Positions 11,889-23,319 of a stretch of DNA of 64,000 bases are shown piece by piece. Under the pieces are notes generated by a model. It made no database searches. It saw nothing but the letters and a program-made list of their open reading frames with translations, and was not told where the DNA came from. The first letter of the stretch is position 1. Every line of letters begins with the position of its first letter. A program made the translations under genes and the position numbers. The DNA lies in NCBI RefSeq assembly GCF_003334405.1, contig NZ_QOWM01000002.1; one strand, written 5' to 3'. This stretch comes from Escherichia coli. Its GTDB lineage: Bacteria > Pseudomonadota > Gammaproteobacteria > Enterobacterales > Enterobacteriaceae.

Positions 11889-13142
11889 ATGTCAGGATCC
11901 AACACTGCAATCAGCCGTCGTCGTTTACTGCAAGGCGCGGGTGCCATGTGGCTATTGAGCGTAAGTCAGGTCAGTCTGGCTGCGGTCAGCCAGGTCGTGG
12001 CGGTGCGCGTCTGGCCTGCGTCCAGCTACACCCGCGTGACGGTGGAATCAAATCGTCAGCTGAAATATAAGCAGTTCGCGTTGAGTAACCCTGAACGCGT
12101 GGTGGTGGATATCGAAGATGTAAACCTGAACTCGGTACTCAAGGGGATGGCGGCACAAATTCGTGCAGACGACCCGTTCATCAAGTCGGCGCGCGTCGGG
12201 CAATTTGACCCGCAAACCGTACGGATGGTTTTTGAATTAAAGCAAAACGTAAAACCGCAGCTGTTTGCCCTTGCGCCGGTCGCCGGGTTTAAAGAGCGTC
12301 TGGTGATGGACCTCTATCCGGCCAATGCACAGGATATGCAGGACCCGCTGCTGGCGCTGCTGGAGGATTACAACAAAGGCGACCTCGAAAAGCAGGTGCC
12401 GCCAGCGCAAAGTGGTCCACAACCGGGTAAAGCAGGGCGCGATCGTCCGATTGTCATTATGCTTGACCCTGGCCACGGTGGCGAAGACTCCGGTGCGGTG
12501 GGGAAATACAAAACGCGCGAAAAAGATGTGGTATTGCAAATAGCTCGCCGTTTGCGCTCTCTGATCGAGAAAGAGGGCAATATGAAGGTGTACATGACGC
12601 GCAATGAAGACATCTTCATTCCATTGCAAGTGCGCGTAGCAAAAGCCCAGAAACAGCGTGCTGACCTGTTTGTCTCTATCCATGCCGACGCCTTTACCAG
12701 TCGTCAGCCGAGCGGTTCCTCTGTGTTTGCGCTCTCAACCAAAGGTGCAACCAGTACTGCGGCAAAATATCTGGCACAAACCCAGAACGCCTCGGACTTG
12801 ATTGGTGGCGTGAGCAAAAGCGGTGACCGCTATGTCGACCACACCATGTTCGATATGGTACAGTCGCTGACCATTGCCGACAGCCTGAAGTTTGGTAAAG
12901 CGGTACTGAATAAGCTCGGTAAAATCAACAAGCTGCATAAAAATCAAGTTGAACAGGCCGGGTTTGCCGTACTAAAGGCACCAGATATTCCCTCCATTCT
13001 GGTCGAAACGGCGTTTATCAGTAACGTTGAGGAAGAGCGTAAACTGAAAACGGCGACTTTCCAGCAGGAAGTTGCGGAGTCTATTCTTGCGGGGATTAAA
13101 GCGTATTTTGCCGATGGGGCGACGCTGGCGAGAAGGGGATGA
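11889..13142 (+). CDS. amiC: N-acetylmuramoyl-L-alanine amidase AmiC (Tat-exported)
   Basis: ORF 11799..13142. Start placed at the internal ATG giving 417 aa, beginning [19 protein letters not shown] (twin-arginine signal). Amidase_3 catalytic domain. Confidence 0.9.
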
Positions 13143-13145
13143 TAA

Positions 13146-13170
13146 AAAGGCGCTGAATGGCGCTTTTTTA
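13146..13170 (+). terminator. Putative intrinsic terminator after amiC
   Basis: Short GC stem (gcgc / gcgc with A-U extension) followed by tttttt at 13164..13169. The stem is weak. Confidence 0.4.
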
Positions 13171-13215
13171 TGGGAGACCAGAAACAAAAAAACACCCGTT
13201 AGGGTGTTCAATAAT

Positions 13216-13292
<77 letters not shown>

Positions 13293-13500
13293 TCCGTGGA
13301 TGCGCACTATACTCCGCTCGCGTTTTCATGCAACCTTTTTTTTACCCCGATCACGGATTTGGCATGATTTTGAACAAAAACAAATCACTAAAGCCTATTT
13401 TTTGTGCAAAATTTGCGTCAGGGAGAGGCTGCTCATTTCATTAAACGCGGCGGTTTGTTATCTTCGTTGCGCCTTATTTTTTAACCTGAAGAAGAGAACA

Positions 13501-14598
13501 ATGAAAGGACGTTGGGTAAAGTACCTTCTTATGGGCACGGTTGTGGCAATGCTTGCCGCCTGCTCTTCCAAACCAACCGATCGCGGACAGCAATATAAAG
13601 ACGGGAAATTTACCCAGCCTTTCTCTCTGGTGAACCAGCCAGATGCCGTTGGCGCGCCGATTAACGCCGGTGATTTTGCCGAGCAAATTAACCATATCCG
13701 TAATTCGTCACCGCGTCTGTATGGCAACCAGAGTAATGTTTATAACGCGGTGCAAGAGTGGCTGCGCGCAGGCGGTGATACCCGCAATATGCGCCAGTTC
13801 GGCATTGATGCCTGGCAGATGGAAGGTGCCGACAACTATGGTAACGTGCAGTTTACCGGTTATTACACGCCGGTAATTCAGGCGCGCCATACCCGCCAGG
13901 GCGAGTTCCAGTATCCTATTTACCGTATGCCGCCAAAACGTGGTCGTCTGCCGTCTCGTGCGGAGATCTACGCGGGGGCATTGAGTGATAAATATATTCT
14001 CGCTTACAGTAACTCCCTGATGGATAACTTCATTATGGATGTGCAGGGTAGTGGGTATATCGACTTTGGTGATGGCAGTCCGCTTAACTTTTTCAGCTAT
14101 GCAGGGAAAAACGGTCATGCCTATCGCAGCATTGGTAAGGTGCTGATCGACCGTGGCGAAGTGAAAAAAGAAGATATGTCGATGCAGGCGATTCGTCACT
14201 GGGGCGAAACACACAGTGAAGCCGAGGTTCGCGAGCTGCTGGAACAGAACCCGTCTTTCGTCTTCTTTAAACCGCAATCTTTTGCTCCGGTGAAAGGGGC
14301 AAGTGCGGTGCCGCTGGTTGGTCGCGCGTCAGTTGCCTCTGATCGTTCCATTATTCCGCCAGGTACTACCTTGCTGGCAGAAGTGCCGTTGCTGGATAAT
14401 AACGGCAAATTTAATGGTCAGTACGAACTGCGTCTGATGGTGGCGCTGGATGTCGGTGGTGCAATCAAAGGCCAACACTTCGATATCTATCAAGGGATCG
14501 GGCCGGAAGCCGGACACCGCGCAGGTTGGTACAACCACTATGGACGTGTCTGGGTGCTGAAAACCGCCCCGGGCGCAGGTAACGTCTTTAGCGGCTGA
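13501..14598 (+). CDS. mltA: Membrane-bound lytic murein transglycosylase A (lipoprotein)
   Basis: ORF 13072..14598. Start placed at MKGRWVKYLLMGTVVAMLAACSS, which has a lipobox (LAAC) and gives 365 aa. Confidence 0.9.
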   Translation: MKGRWVKYLLMGTVVAMLAACSSKPTDRGQQYKDGKFTQPFSLVNQPDAVGAPINAGDFAEQINHIRNSSPRLYGNQSNVYNAVQEWLRAGGDTRNMRQFGIDAWQMEGADNYGNVQFTGYYTPVIQARHTRQGEFQYPIYRMPPKRGRLPSRAEIYAGALSDKYILAYSNSLMDNFIMDVQGSGYIDFGDGSPLNFFSYAGKNGHAYRSIGKVLIDRGEVKKEDMSMQAIRHWGETHSEAEVRELLEQNPSFVFFKPQSFAPVKGASAVPLVGRASVASDRSIIPPGTTLLAEVPLLDNNGKFNGQYELRLMVALDVGGAIKGQHFDIYQGIGPEAGHRAGWYNHYGRVWVLKTAPGAGNVFSG

Positions 14599-14633
14599 TG
14601 TGATATTCTGTATGCCGTTTTTACGGATATGAC

Positions 14634-14816
14634 AGGGTGAGGGGTAACCTCACATCCTGATTATTGACTAAGTGCGCGTTGTTCATGCCGGATGCGGCGT
14701 GAACGCCTTATCCGGCCTACAAATCATGCAAATCCAAAATATTGCAGGAGTTATGTAGGCCTGATAAGCGTAGCGCATCAGGCATTTATGCGTTTAGGGT
14801 GAGGGATAACCTCGCC
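14634..14816. repeat. BIME: two inverted REP elements flanked by 21-bp direct repeats
   Basis: REP gccggatgcggcgtgaacgccttatccggcctac (14688..14720) and inverted REP gtaggcctgataagcgtagcgcatcaggc (14755..14783). Flanking repeats agggtgaggggtaacctcaca (14634..14654) and agggtgagggataacctcgcc (14796..14816). Confidence 0.7.
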
Positions 14817-14836
14817 CTTTTTAATTCTGAGGTGCT

Positions 14837-15643
14837 ATGTCTGTGGTAATTAGTGATGCATGGCGTCAGCGTTTTGGTGGCACAGCGCGTCTGTATGGTG
14901 AAAAAGCGTTGCAACTGTTTGCTGACGCGCATATTTGTGTGGTTGGTATCGGTGGTGTCGGTTCCTGGGCGGCGGAAGCGCTGGCGCGCACGGGGATTGG
15001 CGCAATCACGCTTATCGATATGGATGATGTGTGCGTCACCAATACCAATCGGCAAATTCATGCCCTGCGCGATAACGTTGGGCTGGCAAAAGCGGAAGTT
15101 ATGGCGGAGCGTATTCGCCAGATTAACCCGGAGTGCCGTGTAACGGTGGTGGATGATTTCGTGACGCCGGATAACGTAGCGCAGTATATGAGCGTGGGTT
15201 ATTCGTACGTGATTGATGCCATTGATAGTGTACGGCCCAAAGCGGCGCTGATTGCTTATTGTCGGCGCAATAAAATCCCACTGGTCACAACCGGTGGCGC
15301 GGGTGGGCAGATTGATCCGACGCAGATTCAGGTTACCGATCTGGCGAAAACGATTCAGGACCCGCTGGCGGCGAAGTTGCGCGAGCGCCTGAAAAGCGAT
15401 TTTGGCGTAGTGAAAAACAGTAAAGGTAAGCTCGGCGTGGATTGCGTGTTTTCTACTGAAGCACTGGTGTACCCGCAGTCAGACGGTACGGTGTGTGCGA
15501 TGAAAGCCACGGCAGAAGGGCCGAAGCGGATGGATTGTGCATCTGGATTTGGCGCGGCAACGATGGTGACCGCCACCTTTGGGTTTGTTGCGGTTTCTCA
15601 TGCGCTGAAGAAGATGATGGCGAAAGCGGCGCGTCAGGGTTAA
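14837..15643 (+). CDS. tcdA: tRNA threonylcarbamoyladenosine dehydratase (ThiF/MoeB-like E1 fold)
   Basis: 268-aa ORF with nucleotide-binding motif VVGIGGVGSWAAEALAR. Context is next to csdE/csdA. Confidence 0.88.
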   Translation: MSVVISDAWRQRFGGTARLYGEKALQLFADAHICVVGIGGVGSWAAEALARTGIGAITLIDMDDVCVTNTNRQIHALRDNVGLAKAEVMAERIRQINPECRVTVVDDFVTPDNVAQYMSVGYSYVIDAIDSVRPKAALIAYCRRNKIPLVTTGGAGGQIDPTQIQVTDLAKTIQDPLAAKLRERLKSDFGVVKNSKGKLGVDCVFSTEALVYPQSDGTVCAMKATAEGPKRMDCASGFGAATMVTATFGFVAVSHALKKMMAKAARQG

Positions 15644-15650
15644 ACAATCA

Positions 15651-15682
15651 GGTCGGATGAGACGCGAACGTCTTATCCGACC
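15651..15682. repeat. REP-like palindrome between convergent tcdA and csdE
   Basis: ggtcggatgagacgcgaacgtcttatccgacc is an imperfect palindrome. Confidence 0.45.
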
Positions 15683-15693
15683 CGGTTCTGTGC

Positions 15694-16137
15694 TTAAACC
15701 TGCTTCGTCGCAGCGATAATCGCCTCGCTTAACGCATTTAACCCCTGGCTGCGTGAGGCGCTAAGCTGCGCACGTAATCCCAGCTCATCAAACAATGCCA
15801 GTGGTGACTGTGCCTGCAACTCGGCGGCGGTTTTCCCCTCAACGGCAGTCAACAACACCGCCAGCAGGCCGCGCACAATGCGCCCTTCGCTGTCGCCAAA
15901 GAAATGCATTTTGCCGTTTTCAGCCACTGTATATCCCAGCCAGACGCGGTTTTCGCATCCGGCAATCTCTTTAGCCTGCGCTTTTAACTCGTCTGGCAAT
16001 GCCGGAAGCTGTTTCCCCAGCATGATCAACTGGCGATATTTATCTTCCCATTGCGTCAACGGTGCGAAGGTATTGCGTAACGTTTCTGCGGTTACGGTTG
16101 TGCCGAACGGATGTCCGGCGAATTGCGGGTTTGTCAT
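15694..16137 (-). CDS. csdE: Sulfur acceptor protein CsdE (SufE-like)
   Basis: 147-aa ORF, SufE family. Its ATG overlaps the csdA stop by 1 nt. Confidence 0.88.
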
Positions 16138-17342
16138 TAATCCACCAATAATTCCAGCGCGCGGTCAACGGCATTCACCAGCGCATCCACATCACTCTTT
16201 GTATTATATGGCGCAAAAGAGGCGCGCAGTGTGCCGGTTACGCCTAATTCTGCCAGTAGCGGCTGAGCGCAATGCTGCCCGGCCCGCAGGGCAATACCGT
16301 ACTCCGCCAGCAGCGTCACCATATCGCTATGATGAACGCCAGCAAAATCAAAGGCCAGCAGGCTGGAATCCTGGCAGCGGAATGAACGAAAGCCGGGACG
16401 TTTCGCCAGCGCATCTTCCGCCAGCGTTGCTAAGCTACGGCTCCAGCTTTCGGCCTGGTTGATATCGTAATCTGCCAGCCATTCCAGCGCCGCGCTTAAT
16501 CCTATGACACCAGCGACATTTGGCGTTCCAGCTTCCAGTTTCCACGGCGCAGATTGAGTCGTGAAGCCGTCAAAACTCACTTCGTGAACCATTTTGCCGC
16601 CGCCCAGCCAGGGCGACATCGCCTCCAGCAGTTCTGATTTACCATACAGCACGCCGATACCTGTCGGGCCATACAGTTTGTGACCTGAAAAAGCATAGAA
16701 ATCAATATCCAGTTGCTGAACATCCGCGGGGAAATGCACTGCCCCCTGAGCACCATCAACCATCACCACCATCCCGGCTGAATGAGCAAAGGTAATCGCT
16801 CGCGCCAGATCCGGGCAACCGCCAGTAACGTTCGACATCTGACCCAACGCCAGAATCCGACTACGGGGAGTAATCAGTTCTGGCAACAAATCGACATCCG
16901 GCAGTCGCTGCGCATTAAGCGGCAATTTCACCACTTTGGCTCCAGTTTGTTGGGCGACCATCAGCCAGGGGACGAGGTTGGCGTGGTGTTCTGCCACGCT
17001 GACAATAATCTCATCGCCCGGTTGCAGACGCGGACGCGCATAGCATTGTGCCACCATGTTGATGGATTCAGTGGTGCCGCGCGTCCAGACGATAGTTTTA
17101 TCATCCGGTGCATTCAGTAATTGCGCCACTTTCTCTCGTGCAGCTTCATAACGCGCGGTCAGGCGTTGGGCTTCGGCAAACTGGCTGCGATGGACGTTTC
17201 CGGCGCTCAGACTGTAAAACTGTTGGGTGGCTTCAACCACGGCTTCAGGTTTAAGCGCGGTCGCGGCGCTGTCGAGATAGACGCCCGCATCCTGTAGTGC
17301 GGGAAACTGGGCGCGAAACTGCGCGGGATTAAAAACGTTCAT
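16137..17342 (-). CDS. csdA: Cysteine sulfinate desulfinase / cysteine desulfurase CsdA
   Basis: ORF 16137..17378. Start placed at [16 protein letters not shown], giving 401 aa. Class V aminotransferase with an SGHK pyridoxal-phosphate lysine motif. Confidence 0.9.
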
Positions 17343-17533
17343 GGTACTCCTCGGCTTGATGCACCGATCGTGACGCAAAATTCACTTTGATACAAGGAGA
17401 GTGCTAACCATCAGAATTATCTGGATATCCTGGCGAAGCCGCGTAAGTAACATATGCTGAATAGTGTTAGGCGTTAATTTTAGCCTGTTAATCAATACTA
17501 TTAAGATTTATTAATCGCTTTAAGGAGAAGATG

Positions 17534-17761
17534 ATGAAAAAGACTGCCGCAATTATTTCTGCCTGTATGCTGACTTTTGCCCTGAGCGCCTGTTCCGGTT
17601 CGAACTATGTGATGCACACCAATGACGGACGTACCATCGTCTCTGACGGCAAACCACAGACTGATAACGATACCGGTATGATTTCGTATAAAGACGCTAA
17701 TGGCAACAAACAGCAGATCAACCGTACTGACGTGAAAGAGATGGTCGAACTGGATCAGTAA
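17534..17761 (+). CDS. ygdI: Small lipoprotein YgdI (DUF903)
   Basis: 75-76-aa ORF with signal peptide and lipobox ([20 protein letters not shown]). Start could be 17531 or 17534. Confidence 0.8.
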   Translation: MKKTAAIISACMLTFALSACSGSNYVMHTNDGRTIVSDGKPQTDNDTGMISYKDANGNKQQINRTDVKEMVELDQ

Positions 17762-17777
17762 TTCGCGATCGCAAGGT

Positions 17778-17983
17778 AAAAAAAAGCACCGCAATTAGGC
17801 GGTGCTACATTAATCACTATGGACAGACAGGGTAAATGTACAGGAAGTGAAAAAAGGTAGCTTTGCTACCATGGTCTGAATCGCAGACCAATTGCAAACA
17901 CAACAACACAACATCACAACCGTAAGCCAAAAGTTCACCAGAACACGCATTCCGATAAAACTTTTCGTTCCGGCTCAGGAAGT
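17778..17983 (-). ncRNA. gcvB: GcvB small regulatory RNA
   Basis: The reverse complement matches the gcvB sequence as I recall it, from 5' ACTTCCTGAGCCGGAACG to the terminator hairpin (gcaccgcctaattgcggtgc) and U-tract. It is divergent from gcvA, with a TATAGT -10 just upstream on the minus strand. Confidence 0.85.
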
Positions 17984-18111
17984 GCCGCCACTATAGGTAT
18001 TTGCTGGTAGAAGCTCAACGGACAATTTATAATGGCTCAGATTAAAAAAACTAATAGGTTACATAGTGTGATCTAATTGTTAAATTCATTTAACATCAAA
18101 GTTTAATAGCC

Positions 18112-19029
18112 ATGTCTAAACGATTACCACCGCTAAATGCCTTACGAGTTTTTGATGCCGCAGCACGCCATTTAAGTTTCACTCGCGCAGCAGAAGAGCT
18201 TTTTGTGACCCAAGCCGCAGTAAGTCATCAAATCAAGTCTCTTGAGGATTTTTTGGGGCTAAAACTGTTCCGCCGCCGTAATCGTTCACTCCTGCTGACC
18301 GAGGAAGGGCAAAGCTATTTCCTCGATATCAAAGAGATATTTTCGCAATTAACCGAAGCGACGCGTAAACTCCAGGCCCGTAGCGCCAAGGGGGCGTTGA
18401 CGGTCAGTTTACTCCCCAGTTTCGCCATTCATTGGTTGGTTCCGCGACTTTCCAGCTTTAATTCAGCTTATCCGGGAATTGACGTTCGAATCCAGGCGGT
18501 TGATCGTCAGGAAGATAAGCTGGCGGATGATGTTGATGTGGCGATATTTTATGGTCGGGGCAACTGGCCGGGGCTACGGGTGGAAAAACTGTACGCCGAA
18601 TATTTATTGCCGGTGTGTTCGCCGCTACTGCTGACTGGCGAAAAACCCTTGAAGACACCGGAAGATCTGGCTAAACATACGTTATTACATGATGCTTCGC
18701 GCCGTGACTGGCAGACATATACCCGACAGTTGGGGTTAAATCATATCAACGTTCAGCAAGGGCCAATTTTTAGCCATAGCGCCATGGTGCTGCAAGCGGC
18801 TATCCACGGGCAGGGAGTGGCGCTGGCAAATAACGTGATGGCGCAATCTGAAATCGAGGCCGGACGTCTTGTTTGCCCGTTTAATGATGTTCTGGTCAGT
18901 AAAAATGCTTTTTATCTGGTTTGTCATGACAGTCAGGCAGAACTGGGTAAAATAGCCGCCTTTCGCCAATGGATCCTGGCGAAAGCCGCTGCTGAACAAG
19001 AAAAATTCCGCTTTCGTTATGAACAATAA
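18112..19029 (+). CDS. gcvA: LysR-family glycine cleavage system activator GcvA
   Basis: 305-aa ORF with N-terminal helix-turn-helix (LNALRVFDAAARHLSFTRAAEELFVTQAAVSHQIKSLE). Confidence 0.92.
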   Translation: MSKRLPPLNALRVFDAAARHLSFTRAAEELFVTQAAVSHQIKSLEDFLGLKLFRRRNRSLLLTEEGQSYFLDIKEIFSQLTEATRKLQARSAKGALTVSLLPSFAIHWLVPRLSSFNSAYPGIDVRIQAVDRQEDKLADDVDVAIFYGRGNWPGLRVEKLYAEYLLPVCSPLLLTGEKPLKTPEDLAKHTLLHDASRRDWQTYTRQLGLNHINVQQGPIFSHSAMVLQAAIHGQGVALANNVMAQSEIEAGRLVCPFNDVLVSKNAFYLVCHDSQAELGKIAAFRQWILAKAAAEQEKFRFRYEQ

Positions 19030-19047
19030 TTTACGTAGGGTACGACC

Positions 19048-19443
19048 ATGACCAGCCGTTTTATGCTGATTTTCGCCGCCATTAGCGGCTTCATTTTTGT
19101 GGCTCTGGGCGCTTTTGGCGCGCATGTGTTAAGTAAAACCATGGGGGCCGTTGAGATGGGCTGGATCCAGACCGGCCTCGAATACCAGGCGTTTCATACG
19201 CTGGCGATCTTAGGTCTGGCGGTGGCAATGCAGCGTCGCATCAGTATCTGGTTTTACTGGAGTAGCGTTTTCCTCGCGTTAGGCACGGTGTTGTTCAGCG
19301 GCAGCCTTTATTGCCTGGCGCTGTCCCATCTGCGTTTGTGGGCGTTTGTCACTCCGGTTGGCGGCGTGAGCTTCCTCGCGGGCTGGGCGTTAATGTTAGT
19401 TGGTGCTATCCGTTTAAAGCGCAAGGGCGTAAGTCATGAATAA
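19048..19443 (+). CDS. ygdD: Inner membrane protein YgdD (DUF423)
   Basis: 131-aa hydrophobic ORF. Overlaps the rlmM start. Confidence 0.82.
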
Positions 19444-20536
19444 GGTTGTATTGCTGTGCCGTCCGGGCTTTGAAAAAGAGTGCGCCGCAGAAATTACCGA
19501 TAAAGCCGGCCAGCGGGAAATTTTCGGTTTTGCCCGCGTGAAAGAGAATGCGGGTTATGTCATTTATGAATGTTATCAACCTGATGATGGCGATAAGTTA
19601 ATCCGTGAGCTGCCGTTCAGTTCATTAATTTTTGCCCGCCAGTGGTTTGTGGTGGGGGAACTCCTGCAGCATTTGCCGCCAGAAGATCGTATTACCCCCA
19701 TTGTCGGCATGTTACAGGGCGTAGTAGAGAAGGGCGGTGAACTGCGTGTTGAAGTTGCCGATACCAACGAAAGCAAAGAGTTACTGAAATTCTGCCGTAA
19801 ATTTACTGTTCCGCTACGCGCTGCCTTGCGCGATGCCGGGGTGCTGGCGAACTATGAAACGCCGAAGCGTCCGGTTGTGCATGTATTCTTTATTGCACCA
19901 GGCTGCTGCTATACCGGTTACTCATACAGCAACAATAATTCGCCGTTCTATATGGGCATTCCGCGCCTGAAATTTCCGGCAGATGCGCCGAGTCGTTCCA
20001 CGCTCAAACTGGAAGAGGCATTTCATGTGTTTATTCCTGCGGATGAGTGGGATGAACGCCTGGCGAACGGGATGTGGGCGGTGGATTTAGGCGCTTGCCC
20101 TGGCGGCTGGACCTACCAACTGGTGAAGCGCAACATGTGGGTTTATTCCGTCGACAACGGCCCGATGGCGCAAAGTCTGATGGATACCGGACAGGTGACG
20201 TGGCTGCGGGAAGACGGTTTCAAATTCCGTCCGACGCGCAGCAATATCTCCTGGATGGTATGCGATATGGTTGAAAAACCGGCGAAAGTTGCGGCATTGA
20301 TGGCGCAGTGGCTGGTTAATGGCTGGTGCCGTGAAACCATTTTCAACCTCAAACTGCCGATGAAAAAACGCTACGAAGAAGTGTCACACAATCTGGCGTA
20401 TATTCAGGCACAGCTTGATGAACATGGCATAAATGCTCAGATTCAGGCGCGGCAGTTGTATCACGATCGCGAAGAAGTGACGGTGCACGTCCGCCGCATC
20501 TGGGCTGCGGTGGGTGGTCGTCGCGACGAGCGATAA
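19436..20536 (+). CDS. rlmM: 23S rRNA (cytidine2498-2'-O)-methyltransferase RlmM
   Basis: 366-aa ORF recognised as YgdE/RlmM. Confidence 0.88.
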
Positions 20537-20579
20537 CAGGCAAGGCCGGGGCGTCGTCTCCGGCCTGCTACCCTTTCCG

Positions 20580-21311
20580 TCAGGCTGTTACCAAAGAAGT
20601 TGCAACCTGGCGCTCATCAGAAATAATGTGCGTTACCTCATCCAGATGCCCGATGCGGGCTTCCCCTGAACGATTAAATTTACTTTTATCAATCAATAAC
20701 AACGATTGCGCGGCACGTTTTAATAGCATCGATTTGTAATCAGCGTTGATCGCATTGGAGTCCCACAGTGCGCCGCTGCTATCGATCCCTTCACAAGAAA
20801 AAATAAACAGATCGATTTCCAGCGATTTAAGTTGGGAAATCAGCGAGGGATTGACGTAACAGCCATATTTGCGCTCAAGTGTGCCGCCGGAACTGATCAG
20901 TTGAATGCGTTCGCGTTTACCGAGTTCATGGCAAATCGGATGGCTATTGGTGAAGACCTGAATGTTGATGTCAGGCAACTGGCGTGCCAGATACCAGCAA
21001 GTTGAACTGGCGTCTAAGGCTATCACCATCCCTTCTTCAATCCACGCGAGCGCCTCGCGCGCGATATCTGCTTTATGCGCATAATGGCTTTTCAGCCTGA
21101 TGTGAAAGGGATCGCCACTGTCTTGATTTTGACGGTGGATATATTTAGCGCGTCCATGATTGCGCAGAATTTTACCCTGCGTCTGTAATTCATTGAGATC
21201 GCGACGAATGGTTTCTTTACTGACCTTTAGCTGTTCAGAGAGAGCTTCCGTGGTCAGGCTGGTATGGTTCAGCAGCAGGTCGACTATCGCTTGCTGGCGT
21301 GCCGCTTTCAT
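20580..21311 (-). CDS. fucR: DeoR-family L-fucose operon activator FucR
   Basis: ORF 20580..21320. Start taken at MKAARQQAIVDLL, giving 243 aa. DeoR-type helix-turn-helix. Confidence 0.88.
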   Translation of the reverse strand: MKAARQQAIVDLLLNHTSLTTEALSEQLKVSKETIRRDLNELQTQGKILRNHGRAKYIHRQNQDSGDPFHIRLKSHYAHKADIAREALAWIEEGMVIALDASSTCWYLARQLPDINIQVFTNSHPICHELGKRERIQLISSGGTLERKYGCYVNPSLISQLKSLEIDLFIFSCEGIDSSGALWDSNAINADYKSMLLKRAAQSLLLIDKSKFNRSGEARIGHLDEVTHIISDERQVATSLVTA

Positions 21312-21368
21312 ATTTTTCACCCCATCATTCGATAACCGCCCGCGTCATGCGGGCGTACCGGTATGAGA

Positions 21369-21791
21369 TTACGGTGTTACCCCTTTTTTTAAAAGAATAT
21401 TCCCGTACTTCGCTCGTTCGCCTGTGATAACGATCGCAAAGGCTTTTTGCGCCCGTTCATAAAACGCAAAACGATTGATGCGGATGATGTCAGGACACGG
21501 GGCTTGTAGTGAAAGCGCATTACGGTAACGTCGTTCTACTTCAGGATCGAGAGTGTCACCTTCTACCGCCGCCATCATCACCAGCGGCGGTGCATAACTG
21601 TCCAGTTCAAATAACGGGATAATCGCCTGGAGCAAGTCGCTCACCAACAGGCCATCAGCGCGGATCACCTGCGGTCCCATCGAATGGGCGGGAAAGTGAG
21701 CATCGGAAAAAATAATTTCATCTCCATGTCCCATCTCTGCCAGCACTTTCAATAGTTCGGGAGAAATTAACGGCGAAATTGTTTTCAGCAT
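21369..21791 (-). CDS. fucU: L-fucose mutarotase FucU
   Basis: 140-aa ORF, RbsD/FucU family. Confidence 0.9.
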
Positions 21792-21792
21792 T

Positions 21793-23241
21793 TCACACTT
21801 CCTCTATAAATTCAGGTTCAGTTTGCGGGTAGAAATAACGGTACTGATAATGAATCTGTGCGCGGGCTTCTTCCGGGCTGTTAAATTCCCCTACGCCATA
21901 CCAACCGAACAGCGCAGCTCCTGCGACGGTCGTTTCGGCGTCGTCGAGAACTTTTACCGGAATATCAAGCATATTGGCTTTAATCTGATTCCACAATGTG
22001 TTGCGACTTCCTCCACCGACTAACAATAATTCAGAGGCCTTAAAGTGCCCGATTTTTTCCAGCATCTGTAGATTGCGCTGTAATTGCGCAGTTAACCCTT
22101 CCAGCGCCGCGCGATAGAAATGCCCCCGCGTGGTATTAAGCGTCACTCCTTGCCAGCCAGCGTTCTGACACGACAATAAATCACACTGCATTTTTACGCC
22201 ATCCGCGCCAGGCGCGATCAGACGAGCTTCTTCAATCAACATTTGCCAGGGTGTTTCAGCCGTCCAGAACAGTTTTCTCACCCATTCCAGCACGCCGGAT
22301 GCCAGCCATTGCATACCTGGGTTATACAACCCTGCCTGGCTATCCAGTTCGCAGGTGGAACCGGCGTACTGACTTAACAGCGAAGTATCAACCTGGGCGC
22401 TGCGAACCATTAAAATTTCCCATGTACCGGAAGAGAGCACGGGTTCATTTTGTTCAGCACCAGCGCCAAAAAGGGCGAACTGGGTATCGTGACCTGCGGA
22501 AATCACCGGTATGCCAACGGGTAAGCCGAGCATTGCTGCGGCGCTGTTCTGTAGCGTACCAATCTGTTCACCCGCTTCCACCAGACGAGGGAAGAGTCGG
22601 CGTGGAATACCGGTGGCTTGTAAAATTTGCGGACTGAAATCGCGTTGCTGGATATCCAGCATCTGGCTGGTTCCGGCCATCGTGATATCAGTAGTGAATT
22701 CGCCGGTTAAACGGTGGTTAATCAGCGACGAAATAAAGAGCCAGGCGTGCGCGCGTTCCAGCAGTTGTGGATGATTTTCTTTCAACCACACCAACTTATA
22801 TAACGTATTGAAACTAAAGGCTCCGACGCCAGAAATAGCCTGCAACCGCTGTGCGGAGATTAACCGTTCAATATTGTCCATAACCGCTGCTGTTCGCGGA
22901 CATTTCCAGCTAATAATCGGATAGAGCAGATTGCCTTGCTTATCTACCAGAGCGCCATCCACACCAAAGGTGGTGACGGCGATACCGCGGATGTGGCATT
23001 CAGTCAGTTCACTATTGATTTGCCGACAGCAATCAGCAAAGCGTTGCAAAATGGCGTCTAAAGACCACTGGTGCCAGGTGTTGTTTTCCATCGCGATATC
23101 GCTGGCATTAGGCGTTGAGGCGCGGGCAACAATTTTGCCCTGCCGATTAACCGCGATGGCCCTGACATTGGTCGCGCCACAGTCGAGTACCAGGATAACT
23201 TCTTGTTTCATAATCGCTCCTGCAATATAGCCGGATAACAT
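21793..23241 (-). CDS. fucK: L-fuculokinase FucK (FGGY kinase)
   Basis: 482-aa ORF. An alternative start at [15 protein letters not shown] (23211) would give 472 aa. Confidence 0.9.
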
Positions 23242-23319
23242 TGCTTATCCGGCTAACCACTCTTGCTTGTTCAGGCCCGGTAGCCGGAGCGACCGGGCAT
23301 CACATCAGGGAGTAATGTA

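Noticed and set aside
13708-14277. 189-aa minus-strand ORF
   Set aside because: Antisense to mltA. The adjacent 13072..14598 frame is simply mltA extended upstream across the tRNA region to an out-of-context ATG.
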